From positions 923,856 through 987,855 of the forward strand of contig NW_019217797.1 of NCBI RefSeq assembly GCF_002571385.2: DNA of 64,000 nt, in the 5' to 3' direction. Below the pieces are notes generated by a model. That model worked only from the letters and a program-made list of their open reading frames with translations, made no database searches and was not told the origin of the DNA. This document shows positions 25,851 through 39,378 of the stretch, piece by piece. The position numbers and the translations under genes are program-made. The stretch comes from Stylophora pistillata (lineage: Eukaryota). Within the stretch, counting starts at the first letter, position 1. Each line of letters begins with the position of its first letter.

Positions 25851-28073
25851 AATTAATGATTAATCTTTTTACAAATATTGTACATAGATAAACCCTTTTC
25901 TTAATGTTATCTATTTTATTATTACATTGTCTATTGGTGATGGGCCTTCCCTTTGACAGACTTTCATAAAATGTATGTAGATGTAGAAGGTGTGAGGATA
26001 ATGTAGGGTTATTGTCTGAAACAGGGTCAGGATTTGCAGGTTTTGGAGAACCGAGCGGCATACCCTATCGAGAATACCGAGGAGGGGTTAACTGCAGGGG
26101 TGAAGACAGATACGCAGGAATTCGAGTTTTCTATTCATTCAGTCAACATCAAAGGTTATTCCTTGACATCCAGTTGCTTTAGCACTGTTGAGGTCACAGT
26201 TTTAGAGTAGACATTGCTCAATAGATTGCATTGCTAATTTTGTTATTTCCATACCAGCCTCTCACAGACTTCGATCAAGGTGAAATAAGTCCATAAAGGC
26301 ATGGAATAAACGAGTAAATCTTTCAAAAACAAACATCGCGTGCTTGGAGGGCTTCGTAAATTTTCTTCGCGTGACTAGTTTGGTGTTATTGCGTAATAAA
26401 TTGACACGATTCAGTGAGGGAGCCTTCCATCAAATACTAACCGTGAAATGTAAAAGGTTTTCGTCTTAGCGTCTATTAAACCCACGTCTGATAAGCATGA
26501 GTTTCCGCACGAGGAAAGAGGGCTTATTATAGCCTTATTTGATAGAAATATTTTGTTTGCCTTCCTTTCGAACTGAGCGTCAGCGATTCCGGACCGGCGC
26601 ACGCACTTCTGCTTTCCCTTAGTCGTCTTTACCGCGTCCCTCGTCGAAAGCCTCCTACGCAAGCTAATTCAAAATTCAAAAATATTCTTTTTACACTTGT
26701 GTAGACGTATTTGGGTGAGTTTGATAAGAAATAACTTGACTGAGTGAACAGCCCAACAACAAAAGCTCGCTAATACTGAGAGATATATAATCTGTTAGTT
26801 TTTGTAGGGCCCCTTCTCAGTATTGTCTAAGCTTTGCTCATGAAACGATCGAAGGCTAAATTTTTACCGGAGTATTCTGTGGCCCGCGCACGTGGTGGTT
26901 TGAAGGAAATATTGCAGGGGCAGAGAAAGTTTAACAAGCGATAAGACTGTGAAAGAAATGGCTGAGATAAACACAGACACAAATCTTGAAATAGCGTCAA
27001 ACGAATGTCGCATTTACTGCTATTCCTTGCACTAGGTGTTACCCATACTCGCACGGCCACCCACCTTCACTTCTCCGTAAACTCAAGATTTCGTTTCGTC
27101 AAGAAGATCAGTTGGTGCAACTTCAAATTTACTTACGAAACAACGGAAAACAGTGACGCCGACAACGGAATACGAGGTCAGAGAACGTCCGCGAATAAGG
27201 TTGCGCGTCTGTTTGGGTAAGAAATATTCACCCTGACTTACCTCATTAAGAAAGCTGTCAACAGATGTTCAAGGCTACATAACATGACTACCGAAGCACG
27301 ATCAGAAATAAAAATCTGGGACGTCTTCCATAGTGGGCAAGAGACGCACTTCAATTTTTGATGTTTTCATGAGCTGTCACACATTTCAGCTTGTGACTGA
27401 CGTTTTTCCAAGGCTTGAATGGAACGCTTGTAGCTCTAAACCGGAATTATCTTAATTTCGCACCGGAAGTAGTATTGCATAGCCTATGTTCTTTTTTCTT
27501 TTTTTTTTTTTTTTGTCACCGTCCGTCAGGAGCAGGCGAGCGGTTTCTGAATTTTCTTATCCAAGGTCGAACGCCTTTTCTAAGTTTATCAGAAACCGTT
27601 GCCTCATTTTGCCTTACTCTGGAAAGAACCAGTTTGCGTATCGTGTTAGACAGGTGCGACTGACAACACGCGCGAGTACAAATCTATTTTGATATGAGCA
27701 AGTGAGGTCAAACTTCAGATCGTTATAGTTGATGTAGAACATAGATGCACAAGGTCGTTAAAATCCGAGTATTCATAAATCTTTCATTTATTCTCCACTC
27801 TTCGATTATAGAATATTTCTACGCATGGAGATCACGTTGAAAAAGTGACCTCACTAATTAGTGTTCATGAAGGGGCAACTGAACTGTCATCATAACATTT
27901 CACTGTCCTGTCTAAATGTCATACTTGGTTTAAAAGCTCTCAAGAAAATTCCACCTCCTCCAAAAAAAAATCGGATATGACTTCCAAATTTATTAGGAAG
28001 GTATTTGCACTTCATCGAAAGACTAAAAGTATTATTTCTTGAGCACTATGTCACGGAACATTTGTCACGATAA

Positions 28074-31000
28074 TCATACCACGTTTGTGTAACGCACTTC
28101 TATCATTTCAACTACGTCGTAAGTCAGGAACACAGCCGCTGACTGTTCACTGTCACATGAAGATGAAAATTCGTCACGATCTTTCCAATCAAGTCCACCA
28201 ATGGACGAATGAAGAACAGTATATTCGGAGTCATTATCGTCTCCAGCTTCTTCCGAAATGGCATCCCCTCGGACACTACCTTCGTTACTGTGATAGCCCA
28301 TACTAGTCGCGGATTTACAATTATTAGGGTTACGAGCACAAGGAATACTTAAAACGTCGTACTCTTTCACTCGCACTTCTCTTTGGCAAGCATCCAAAAT
28401 GTCTTCTTCATCACTACTGTTACATCCACCAACTGATTTATCATTTTGAGAATTTAACCAGTCTCTCACACGAATAAAAGGTTCGTCTTTAACGATTTCA
28501 TAGTCTGATAAATCAAATTCCAATTCGTTATCCCCTTCATAAGGATTGGGGCTGCCCGATTTACCATCACTGCTCTCACAATTTGCTTCATCAATCTTGG
28601 GACAATTCATAGCCGAAGGGGCAATCATAAGCTTTCCACCTGGCAATACAGATGCTACATTATGGGTCAGACTAAGTCTTCTGTTTAAAGGGGTTGACTG
28701 TTTATCTGAACAACTGGGACAGAACCCCCGAAGTTGTGAGTTTGAACGTGATTTGCAGGTGGTTTGACTAGCATATCCTGAGCTCCATCCATTTCCCATA
28801 AGGCCGTTGGAGGCGAAGTGCTGTTGTGAGGCAACCCAGCTCGAAACATCTGAAAGGAAACATAGAGAGTGAGATTGATTTTTCAAAATAATCCGAGTAT
28901 CTTTTTAAAGGTTTTGCATACTTTTATTTTAGGTTAAAGGAACCCTAACGCCTGCCAAGAGAACCTAACAGCCCCCTGATAAGATCAAAAGAAGTCACTA
29001 ATGGGAGTAAGACTTCATAAATATCTAATAAAACAAGGAAAAGGATTCTGCTCGGATAACCCTGGAATCAAAGCAAAATTAAGAACAGAGGAAAAATTAA
29101 AAAGGTCTTGTTGAGGACTAGACGTTGTACAGGAATGATGTATTCGTCTCTTCATGGCGGCCATTTTCTTAGCCATATAAATCATGCGAACTCACCGTCA
29201 AATATTCCTCGACTATCATCAGCTTCATCTGGTGGTACACTACCCGAATAACCGCTGTCCACTGTTGAATGACATGTACATCTTCTGTCTTTGTATTGTT
29301 GATATTCTCCTGCAGGGTCGATTATGTCGAGAAGATCTCTTTTATCTCTTCCGCTGATAAAATTCTCCATCTCTTTTCTTGTTAAGTTACTTTGGATAAA
29401 CAGATGAAATATGGAGTCCGCGAGAATTGGGGTGATTCGCGATAAACTGAAAAACAAAAAAACATATAGAGTATACAGATCACTTTATCTGGTTTACGCG
29501 TGCAAATTCGAGCACCATGGTGGGAAAACAAATGCAAACAAGAAGTGTATCCTACTTCATCCCACATTTCCAAATTACTATAATTTGAACAAGAGAAATG
29601 CTTGGTAAAGAAATCAAATTTACAAACTGAAAATATCTTACAACATGTAATAAGGTCACTACAAACGAAATTTGCGAATTTCAAACAAATGAAATCGCAT
29701 CACGTTCCGCTCTTGTGAAAGATATTAACTCAGATATACACCATTTACACCAACACTTTTAATTTTTAAATGGCGAAATTGAGATTTTATGGATCTAAAA
29801 ATCAGGTTCCTTCCAGAAGCTTCAAAATACTGATTATTCAACAAAATATGCAGAGCAGTGAATGCAACAACAAAAAGGCTTTGTTCTGAGTTGTACTTTG
29901 GACCACTTTTATACGTCACAAAAAGGCTCAAGATTCAAAAGCTTAGGATTAAAGCTGTGCTGTTCACGTGCGATTCTACTGATTGACTTCGTATTTCATC
30001 ATGTCAGCAGCCAGTATAGTTGGTGCGAAAAGATAACGAAATCTAAAAGTAAACTCGATTGGAAAAGATAGTTTAGTCCCGTAATTAGCTGTAACATGAG
30101 CAAATAAATAAAAATCGGTGTTTTGACTCCACAAGTATATCCGCCCTTCTTTAATATCTTTTAACATTTTTCCAAAAAAGAGGAACAAAAGGGAAAAAAA
30201 GAATTGAGGGATATGGCTCGATATCGTGGTGCCAGAAACCAAGAACCTTTTTATATCCAACTGGGATTCAAAGATCTCACTTGATCACAGTGCTACAAAA
30301 AAAAAAATTAAATTTATATTGGCTGGGGATGGCGGGCAAACCTGCCATACCGAAATGTCTAGTTTTGCTACCGAAATCTCGGTAACCGGGCTGGAAAATT
30401 ACACAGGTAAACTATCGAGCCCGGTCATCAGGGAGAAACTAAAAGAGTCACGCCGTGTTATTGTAACGCGGAACAGCGCGTGGGTCGTTCAGTTTCGCCC
30501 ATCCCTAAGAAGAACAGGAGATGAATTTAGGTCAAATAAGTGATGGCAAAATAAGGACTGGATCTTACCTGGCCAAAGCCTCCTGTAGACCACTCCGACG
30601 TTCCTCTAAAAATCTTTTGGAAAATCGACCAAAAACTTTTCTCTTTGTTGGCAACGAAGGTAGTTTCCTGAAAGTGACCAGATAAGAACTAAATCTTGTA
30701 TCAACCGGTGCGTGGTTAAATACATCTCAGAGACCGCCTCTGAAAATGGAGTTAGACGAGTAGTGTAACTCGTAGAGCGCGTACCTTGCAAGAAGCAAGT
30801 GATGAAAGCTGATTTTCATGAATTAAACTAATTTAAATGGACGGCCGTTTACAGTATGCAAATTCTTTTTGATTCGCGAAACAAAGAAGGGGAGGAGGTC
30901 GCTTGGCAACCAGACAAGTCGCTCCAAGGGTGACGCAATCTCCGCAGTTTGGACGCTTAATTCTTCATTTCCATCAGGAACTTGGTTATTTTTCAGCCAA

Positions 31001-32015
31001 CAATTTTAAAACATGTATGACTGACTTAACGCACGTCGCAAGCGATTTATATATGTTGCTCCTTTTGAGCCTTCGTGTAACACTTTCAGTATCTCAAGAA
31101 GGCATGAGTGCCACTTAAATTTCTTTGCAATGACAACTAGAAAATCAATAACTCTTAAATGCGAAGTTCTTAAAGCATCTTACTTACAGTGACAGCGAGG
31201 TATGTCTTGATAAATGTTTCCAGAGCCACATAAACTCCGAGAAACGTCTTCTAACTTTAGTATTTTGCTTAGCGAAGATCATACTGTTGGTCTGTGAATA
31301 GGTAGGTGAGTTACTACAGATTAATTCTCCATAAACATTTAGCATTTTTCGGTCTAACTAAATCACATAATTAATAAAAAATACACCCAAACATTCTAAA
31401 TGAATCATAGAGGCGCAGGGGTGTAATTGTTCATCAAACTCTGGAGCTTTTCTTCTCCTCTCTTTGAACCCGCCCTGCCCCTCTGGGAAAACAGGTAACG
31501 AGGAAAACTTTGATATTTTTACTATCTCTTTGTATGCTGCGTTGAATTGAAAACTTTGATTGAAGTTTTGAAGTAGTGTTGAAAATCAAATCTTGATTTA
31601 TTCCGTGCTAAAATAATGAAGGTTTCGTGATTAGCATGTTTCATAAAATTTGCCTTGTTCGGCCGCACCCCCAACCCCGCCCACACGGATACGTGCCCAC
31701 CAAATTTCCTTGCAGGATTGTACAAGGCCAAGGCTTAGAACTGGAGTTTTAAGGCATGTTTCCAAAAATAATACCTCTACCACTCACCAGAACTACGATC
31801 TCGAAGTCGGTATAGACAGGCCATCCGCGCAACAAATGGGTTCGAGGATTTCGAACGTGGATAGAGATGAACTGAAAAAGAGAAAAACAAAATGCTGATA
31901 GCGTTCTTTATGTATTGCTTCTAACAAAAAACAAAACAAAGCAAAAAAGAACACACACAAACGATGACTAGTCTGCTCAGGGACCATCCAGTACCATTTT
32001 AGAGTTCTCTTGCAT
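28074..32015 (-). CDS. PX-domain sorting nexin, SNX10/SNX11-like, paralog 2
   Basis: Exons 31995-32015 (MQENSKM), 31788-31871 (FISIHVRNPRTH...YTDFEIVVL), 31188-31291 (TNSMIF...VRRRFSEFMWL), 30569-30667 (LPSLPTKRK...FLEERRSGLQ), 29196-29446, 28074-28849. PX exon sizes and phases match paralog 1. Confidence 0.82.
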
Positions 32016-34939
32016 GACTCTGTCCTGCACCCCTCCATTTGGCTAACAATCAGCTTACAAGATTATAGAGAGGGTCACGTTTTTAAGAATTTGTTTGAAT
32101 CCAGAGGGTTCAATTTCCTTCTGTCGCTAGATCGGTCGATGTGGTTCGATCCGGGGGTTCGATTTCCGACGCTCTCCGAAAAACCGCGGGCTCTCTTCAC
32201 TGCTTTTACTGCTGGCAAATCTTTACATTTTTTCATCTGACTTTCTCTCTAAGGACTAGTTTACTTCTTCAAAACGTTTTCAGTAACGCAGAAAAAGGAT
32301 ACGTTCCCTACCGTAATTGAGGTCTTTCCTCTCATTAGTAACATCTCCTAGTTCACGTATAATAATCTCGGGTATGAGATCACGCGTGCGGGTCCCCTGT
32401 GGGTCCAGTCACGTTTTTTTACCCAATTTGTGTTTAGACCGTAGTTAAAACATTTACAATATTCTAAGCGCATGTGCAGTCTATAATCAAATTGACGAGA
32501 CAACACAATTGAGCGAGAGCACCAGAACAAAGATGTCCGATCTCGTTCATTATATAGCGTAATCAAACATTTTTTATAGGGTTCCTGGAATTTGGAAATT
32601 ACTTGTCTGAAGAGACGAATAAAGATTTTTTTCGCTTCTGAAAGCCTTCTAGCATCAACTCAGATAAACAATGGGTCAAACATGCAATTTCAGTCCATAA
32701 TATGACCAACTTTCCTTCATATTTTATTCAAACAGTGGATTGGTCCTAAATGATCCCTTGCAAACCTCTCCTGTTTTTTTCTTTGGATGAGCCCAAGCGC
32801 GGAAAATCGAAATCGCATATCCATAATAAAGGGAAAATTTTGATTTCAGACGCTACACGCACTCTTGAGATACACTGTCAAGCAGGTCAGATCGTACGCT
32901 TAATATTCCTCAACAGGATCCTATTCTGGTTAGTTATTAAATGCTTTTCTATTCCATTGCATTTCTCAGACAAAAGGTTCGCGGAGACAGCAAAGTGGCT
33001 ATTGGTAAAGAAGCTCACAACAAGATCTCTGCCTTCCTTCCTCACACAGTTCGGCGTTAAGAAATAAACTGTAAAGATTTATACTTTGTTTACCTCAAAA
33101 TCCGCTGCCTGACCGGCCAAGTTTGCCATTATCGGGTTGTTTTGTGTTCGATTAATCACTCAGCGTAGACTTATGGTGTAACTGCTTCTCGTCTGGTGTG
33201 AGAGAGAGTTAGTAAACCGCTCTAACACAGCAGATTCTGATATGTGTTGTGTCGCGCCGTGACATGAACTGGAATCGAATCAGCAAAAAGACGGAAGTCT
33301 ACGAGCGACTGTCAATCGCTGGCTTGTCAGCCACTTGGTTCCTCTCGATGTTTCAATGCCCTCTTTGCATCGGCAAACTTCTCAACGAGCCTGTGTTCTG
33401 ATCCTCAGAACACGAGGAGAGGTCGCGAGATTGCAACACCAAGTTGGTAAGTGTCGAAAACTATCATAAATGTGCACCGCTTTTATTGTCTGCCAGCGTC
33501 ACTGGGGTGAAGCAGGAGCCAATTAAAATCGAGTTTGAGCAATAAGTTTAATAAGTTATGCAAATGATCAAGTATCATTCCAGCAGGTAACGTCATCATT
33601 TTACCTCATCACCCTTCAAAACCGGTTTACAGTATTAAGTTTCACAATATTCGCCAAAACTCAATCGTTACATTTAAAATTACGATTTAAACTGTCTTAC
33701 AACTAATAAGAACCAGTTACTGTGCAGCGAGCAGCTTCACTCCCAATTATTGCCTTCCATTTCAATTATCATCTCATCATAAGCAAGATTAGAATTGGGA
33801 TGGAGTGTTTTATTAGAAGCATAAGGAGAGTATACCCTTTCACATTTAGAAAACATGAAATCGATACCTCGAGAGCGAACGCTCCCTTAAAGAACTGGAC
33901 CAACAAGCATTAAGTATTTTAAAATTCGAAGAAATCGAAATGTCGGGGAAAACAGTAAGGTGTCGATTTATTTAACCCATATACATCATTTTCTATTTCA
34001 GCACGAATCATTTCTATTTTAGAGCCACTTAGTTAAATACGAACCGTTACGCCCACGTTTTAATCAGTGGCATTTGTCACCTTCAAGTGGGCTTTAGTAT
34101 TCCCCTCTGCTTGTTATCATGATTTTCATTTTTCAAAAGTACAACTTAGCAAAATTTCGCTGTCCCGGACGATGAAGGTACCTCTCACTCCCCGGACTGA
34201 TATCTTTCGCCTCTCCAGAGAAGGAAACAACACCGTTCGACATCCCTTGTTTTACAAACGATCGTAACCGTCATACATGCACTATGTATAAAACTGTTAG
34301 GAGAATTTGAACGGAAAACAGTTTTTGTTAAATGTGTCCAAATCTTGTTGACTGGTCCTCTTTTTTTACTTATGCCCAGATGGCTACTTTTTATTCTATT
34401 TCAATCCTAAGACAATCACTGATTGTCTTAAATGCTAGCCTCTCGTAAGGACCGCAATATTTTCTCATCGCAATACTATTCTCGAGGAAAACCAATATAA
34501 TACCCCAACCCTAAACCCTAACCCTAACCCACTTTTTGTCTGTTTTCTTGTCTTTCATCACGTCACAACAGATGATTTTTAGAAGTTTAAAATATCTAAG
34601 TCGGGTGGGCCTACTAAAAAATTTCGTGCCATTCAAATTTCATTGCGTGCGCATTAAGCAAGCACGAAATAAAACGTGACACTACAATTCGTTACCAATC
34701 CTGTTCGATTCATATGATTCCCTTTTTTCCGGCCTGTGAAGTGAAGGGTAACGAAGAAGACTAATGACCTTGTTTAGGTTGGCTGGGTAGGTGTGATAGA
34801 GCAATTCAAGCTGCCTTCCTCCGAAGAACAAGTACTGATTCATCTGCGCTCTTTCATAGCATCTTTAAGGTTTTTTAGAGAAGCCTGAGGGATTTTTACC
34901 CATAAAAAGTTTGTTTGGGAGAATGAAGGACCTAGCGGG

Positions 34940-35022
34940 TCAACTTCCGCTTAAACCGGAAATTTAAACTGCTTGTGGAAGCGAGGCTATAAAGCAGGAA
35001 ATGGCGCATTGGCATTTGAAAA
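34940..35022 (+). promoter_or_regulatory. G2/M-type promoter motifs of shugoshin (ETS, CCAAT, CHR)
   Basis: CCGGAA at 34956, ATTGG at 35008-35012 and CHR TTTGAA at 35015-35020, ~60 bp before the ATG. Confidence 0.4.
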
Positions 35023-35081
35023 GTTAGATTAATGTCTGACTACAGGAATTGTTGTTATTGAAGAAAGACAAGAGAGTTAGC

Positions 35082-38000
35082 ATGGAGAGTAAAAAAGGAA
35101 GAAGAATATCGAAGGTTTTGTAACATGCAATCGAATTTTCACATCTACTTTCTGTTTCCCTCTGAATAAGCCTTTCAGCACAAGTACAAGTGGTGATCTC
35201 CAGTTTGAAATATATCAGCTAAACTTTAAGTCGATACTTGAATATTTGTTAATCTTGTTGAGTGATCGTTTCTTGTTAACGTTACTAATACCTTTAAACA
35301 TATTAGAGAAGGAGAATGAGTGTGAGTCTGGAAAGACAGAGCACCAATCCCAGGGCACAAGACAGGAAACGAGATCAAGAAAACATGGAAGTGGAATCAT
35401 CAGGGACAGGTAAGATTTAATTAACGTTTCTTTGCCTCGGGTTCAGATTCGTGAATTCTTTGACTCAGTTTCTTTTTACGAAAGCATTATTACCTTTTTC
35501 CAGGTGTGTCTAAACTCTCCACCTATACCACACTTAAAGAAAACAACAGAGCCTTGGCGGCAGCTCTTGGTAAAGTTTTGTTGAAGTTATTCCTGTCTGT
35601 CAAACAGCTATGAATCATAAGTATAATTTAAATTTTCCTAAACAATTATCGTCTAAGATATAAACTTTGCTTTCAGAGGATACCCAACAAGAACTTTGCC
35701 TTCTTCAGCAAGAAAATGTCCAACTTAAAAAGCAAATCTATGACAGTCATTTAGCATTTGTGGAGAAAACAAAAGAATTAGAACAACAACTGAATTCCCT
35801 TGAGAAGATCTCGGGAGAGGATTTTGCTTTGAAAGCGGAGGTGACCCTTTCAAATTTAATTTATCATGTGTTTGTTATCTACAAAAAATAAAATTGGTCA
35901 TTTACTGTGGTTCTTCTTTCAAGTTCATGAAGCTGAAATATGAGCAATGTGAAATTTAAATTTTTTTGAAAGTCCTGGGGAAAAAGAAACTGGTGTAAAC
36001 TAGATACCTGGGGTACAACTACACTTTTGCCTGAGGCATGCAAATTGGTTCAAATGGTCGACGCTCTCATGAAAGTGTGGGGTCAGAATTGTATAATTCC
36101 ACTGTATTCATTCTTTTAGCTTACTAGTTTTGCATCTCTCTCTCAAGAAGGATGCTGATTAATTAAAAGGTTCTTAAGAGTCATTTTCTAAGTATATACC
36201 TAAAGGGTGCTATGAAATTGCCTGAACTTTAAACCAGGAGTTTTTTGTGGCTCAAAATTCTTAGAGTTTTGTTTAATTCATACTACTTTACATATGCATG
36301 TACATTGTAATTAGACTTTTTAATTGGACCAGGTATGTTGTTAGCTTATACTTGATTTATTTTATGTAGGCTGGAATTAAAGAAGTCCATAAACTCCTGA
36401 ACCATTCATGTAGTAAGTTTGTTCAAGGTTCAAACTTTTTGTCAGAAGCCCTTCATCTTCTTAGCTCTCTTCACACTCAAGCTGAAGGACAGAAGCAGAA
36501 AACTATTCATGTAGTATCAAACAATGCATCTCCTTATGTGGACCCTGCCTCCAACTGTGTGTGTACCACTCCTCCGCCAGATGACCCATCAGCAATGGAG
36601 ATTACAGATGTACAATCAACTATCATTGAGAACAATGAGATTTTCATCAAAAACTTGGACAGAGGTAAGTTTAGGGTAAGTTATACAAATCCAGTGTAAG
36701 AAATAATACCTGATCATATTCCAGACAATGTAAAAAGCATAAAAAATTCCTTTACCAGTGAAATGTGTTTGACAACTTGATAGTTTGGAAATCTGGTCTA
36801 ACACTATTTTAAAGCAAACAGAGAAATCATTACTGACTGCCATTCAGTCACCATAATATGCTGAAACGTAATTTCTGAATAACATTTCATTTTAATATGT
36901 TTTGAAAATGCTATGCCCATTTATTTAGAAAAAGGAATGTTATGTAGCATTGAGGCCCAAAATGAAACAGGGAAGGAATCCAGTCAGTCCCAGCTTCCTA
37001 GTCGGCGGGCAAAGAGAAAAAGCACCAAAGGTGTCAGTTATGTAGAACCAGGACTTCGCAGGTATCAAATTTACAAACTTACTGACAATTCATAATAAAG
37101 GAGTGGTTAAGCCATACTAAAAGACCTTACCTTTTCCTTGCCTTGTTTCCTAAGCATGTACATGCTTATTCTTCATGCAGCATTCAACTTTATAGCGTGA
37201 TCATTTAAGTTTTGTCTTTGTTGTGTTTAGGGGGGGTTTCTGTAAAATTTTCGTGTTCAGAGTCATGTTAACTTTGCGGGTTGATTTATTAGGATTTCAT
37301 CAACAAGTCATGGTATGCAAGGTTGAGCTGAAGATGTCTCTTTGAATTTTCCTTTGGTTTTCATTGTAGCAAATTGCGTAGAGGAGACCCATTTACCGAC
37401 AGCAGATTGTTTGGTGATGAAAACCAAATGAATGCAACACGAAAGAGTAAGTAAGAAGGTTTATTTTTATTAAATCTTATAAGTACTTACATTTACTATC
37501 TTGAGCATTACACCCCTTACAATAAACCACCAGAAAATGATGATAAAATCCATCTTATCAAATCGTTTATTTATTTTATGTCTATGGAATTAAATTCAAA
37601 TTAAAGTTTGGTTGAACTGGAATACTTCCCACTCTTTACTTGTATTGTGAAATTTTTTTCATCTTTACAGGGTTCGTATGCATCTGAAAACCCTTGAAAA
37701 CCCTTGAATTTCAGGAGGCCGATTTCAAGGCCTTGAAAGTACTTGAATTTCGTTTTGGGTCCTTGAAAGTCCTTGATTTTTTATTGAACATTGAAAAATA
37801 TCTGCTTTTGTTTTGCACCAGCGGTAAACCCAAAACACAGATGTTAACAGAAACATTTTTCTTGGTTTTGAGGTAAAATTGTCATTACAAAAAGTCCTTG
37901 AAATTTCTAAGTAGGGTCCTGGAAAGTCCTTGAAAAGTCCTTGAATCTTTGGCCTGAAAAAGTGTACGAACCCTGTCTTTATCTTTTAGTATTGAATACA

Positions 38001-38406
38001 TCAAGTGACTATAAGTTTTGCAGCACATTTTAAATCAAATCAAATAACTTTTATTAATTTAACTCCACTTAAATGGCTTATAAAGTACACATATTACAGC
38101 TTAAAAATATTGATACATGAAGTTAAGACTATCTTAATTCTGGACAAGTCAGGAACATGTTGATGGTATAAGTAGTAAGTTGTCTCTTCTTGTAGAAAAG
38201 AAAAGTTTGACAAGGGGAACCACAATTCTACCTATAATGGGAAAAACAGTAAGTGTGTGTGTTTCATTCCCATATTTGTTTGAGATGAAAGTGTTTAATT
38301 CTGAGTCACCTTGTCTGGCTCTAAGTATTCATAAACGTTCTCCTTTCTTTAGAAAAAACGTGCTCCCCTGGCAAATCTGACAAACATCATCGTTGAAGAA
38401 ACCTAA
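35082..38406 (+). CDS. SGO1: Shugoshin (325 aa)
   Basis: Exons 35082-35114, 35307-35409, 35504-35569, 35677-35840, 36370-36664, 36929-37061, 37370-37446, 38196-38248, 38353-38406 (978 nt). N-terminal coiled coil LKENNRALAAALE and SGO motif RRAKRKSTKGVSYVEPGLRSKLRRGDPFTD. Confidence 0.88.
37668..37975. mobile_element. MITE with CAGGGTTCGTA TIRs and (ccttgaaa) subrepeats
   Basis: cagggttcgta ... tacgaaccctg, flanked on both sides by tcttta (6-bp duplication). Confidence 0.8.
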
Positions 38407-39378
38407 AGATGTCTTATTAGAAACTTCCCATGCAAGAATTGAACAGCATCAAACAATATTTATTACTCAGGGTGTTTATTCAAAAGAGGATTATGTCTTG
38501 TACATAGAGGATATTTTTGTTATGAAAAATTGATCTTTTTTGGTGTATTTCGATTAAATTCATTTATTTACAAAGTAGTTGTATTTTTTAGGGAACAGTC
38601 TTTTTTCCTTTCTGCAGCTGTCTTTCTCTGTGAATTCCTACCAAATTAATCGTACAATTCTATTAAAGAAGACCTAGTTTTCCTTCAATTTTCAATCTGG
38701 AGTTTTAGGGGGTCAGCTGTTTTAAAATGTGCGAAAAGAATACGTTTTTCGTTCTAATTCCACTAGCGCGTATTGGAAAATATATAGTATGTACCTCGTC
38801 CACTACAACTGATCCCTTTTCCTACGTTCGAGAGTGGGATAATTGTCTAAATATTCAATGACACATTCCTAAACAAATGTCTAAAATCTCGCTATAAACA
38901 TTACGACATAAGAGTTTGTTTATTCATGGAAAAAGGTTTCTGGGAAATGAGCTCATATACCCTGGACTGTAAACCAATCAAAGCTTGAGAATCGAGATAA
39001 ATATCAAGGCTAGTTTTAGAAGAAGAGATACACACTGCGAAAGCTCAATAAGGAGAGATGGCCAGTACACGAGCTACGGTGTAAAATACATTACCCAGTT
39101 TACGCGGAAGCGCGAGTTTCAATTCAACACTTCTAGTTTTAGTGCCTGTGTAGAACAACCAATTATTGCAGCATCGTTCACACAGTGTAGAGAACGACAC
39201 CCTTGGAAACAGCTTACTCCTAATGCTCTCACTCTCTGATTCCTAACACAAACACAGAAACAAAAGCCCATTGAATCAGACGCAATTAACAGAAATTATT
39301 TTGTGGGAGGTAATTGAGAACATTGACAGCTCCTTGAAATCTGAACGATTAGTGTTGCATTTCTTGGCCTCAGTCTCT

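Noticed and set aside
34505-34530. Telomere (CCCTAA repeats)
   Set aside because: Only about three imperfect units, located internally; more likely a repeat-element remnant.
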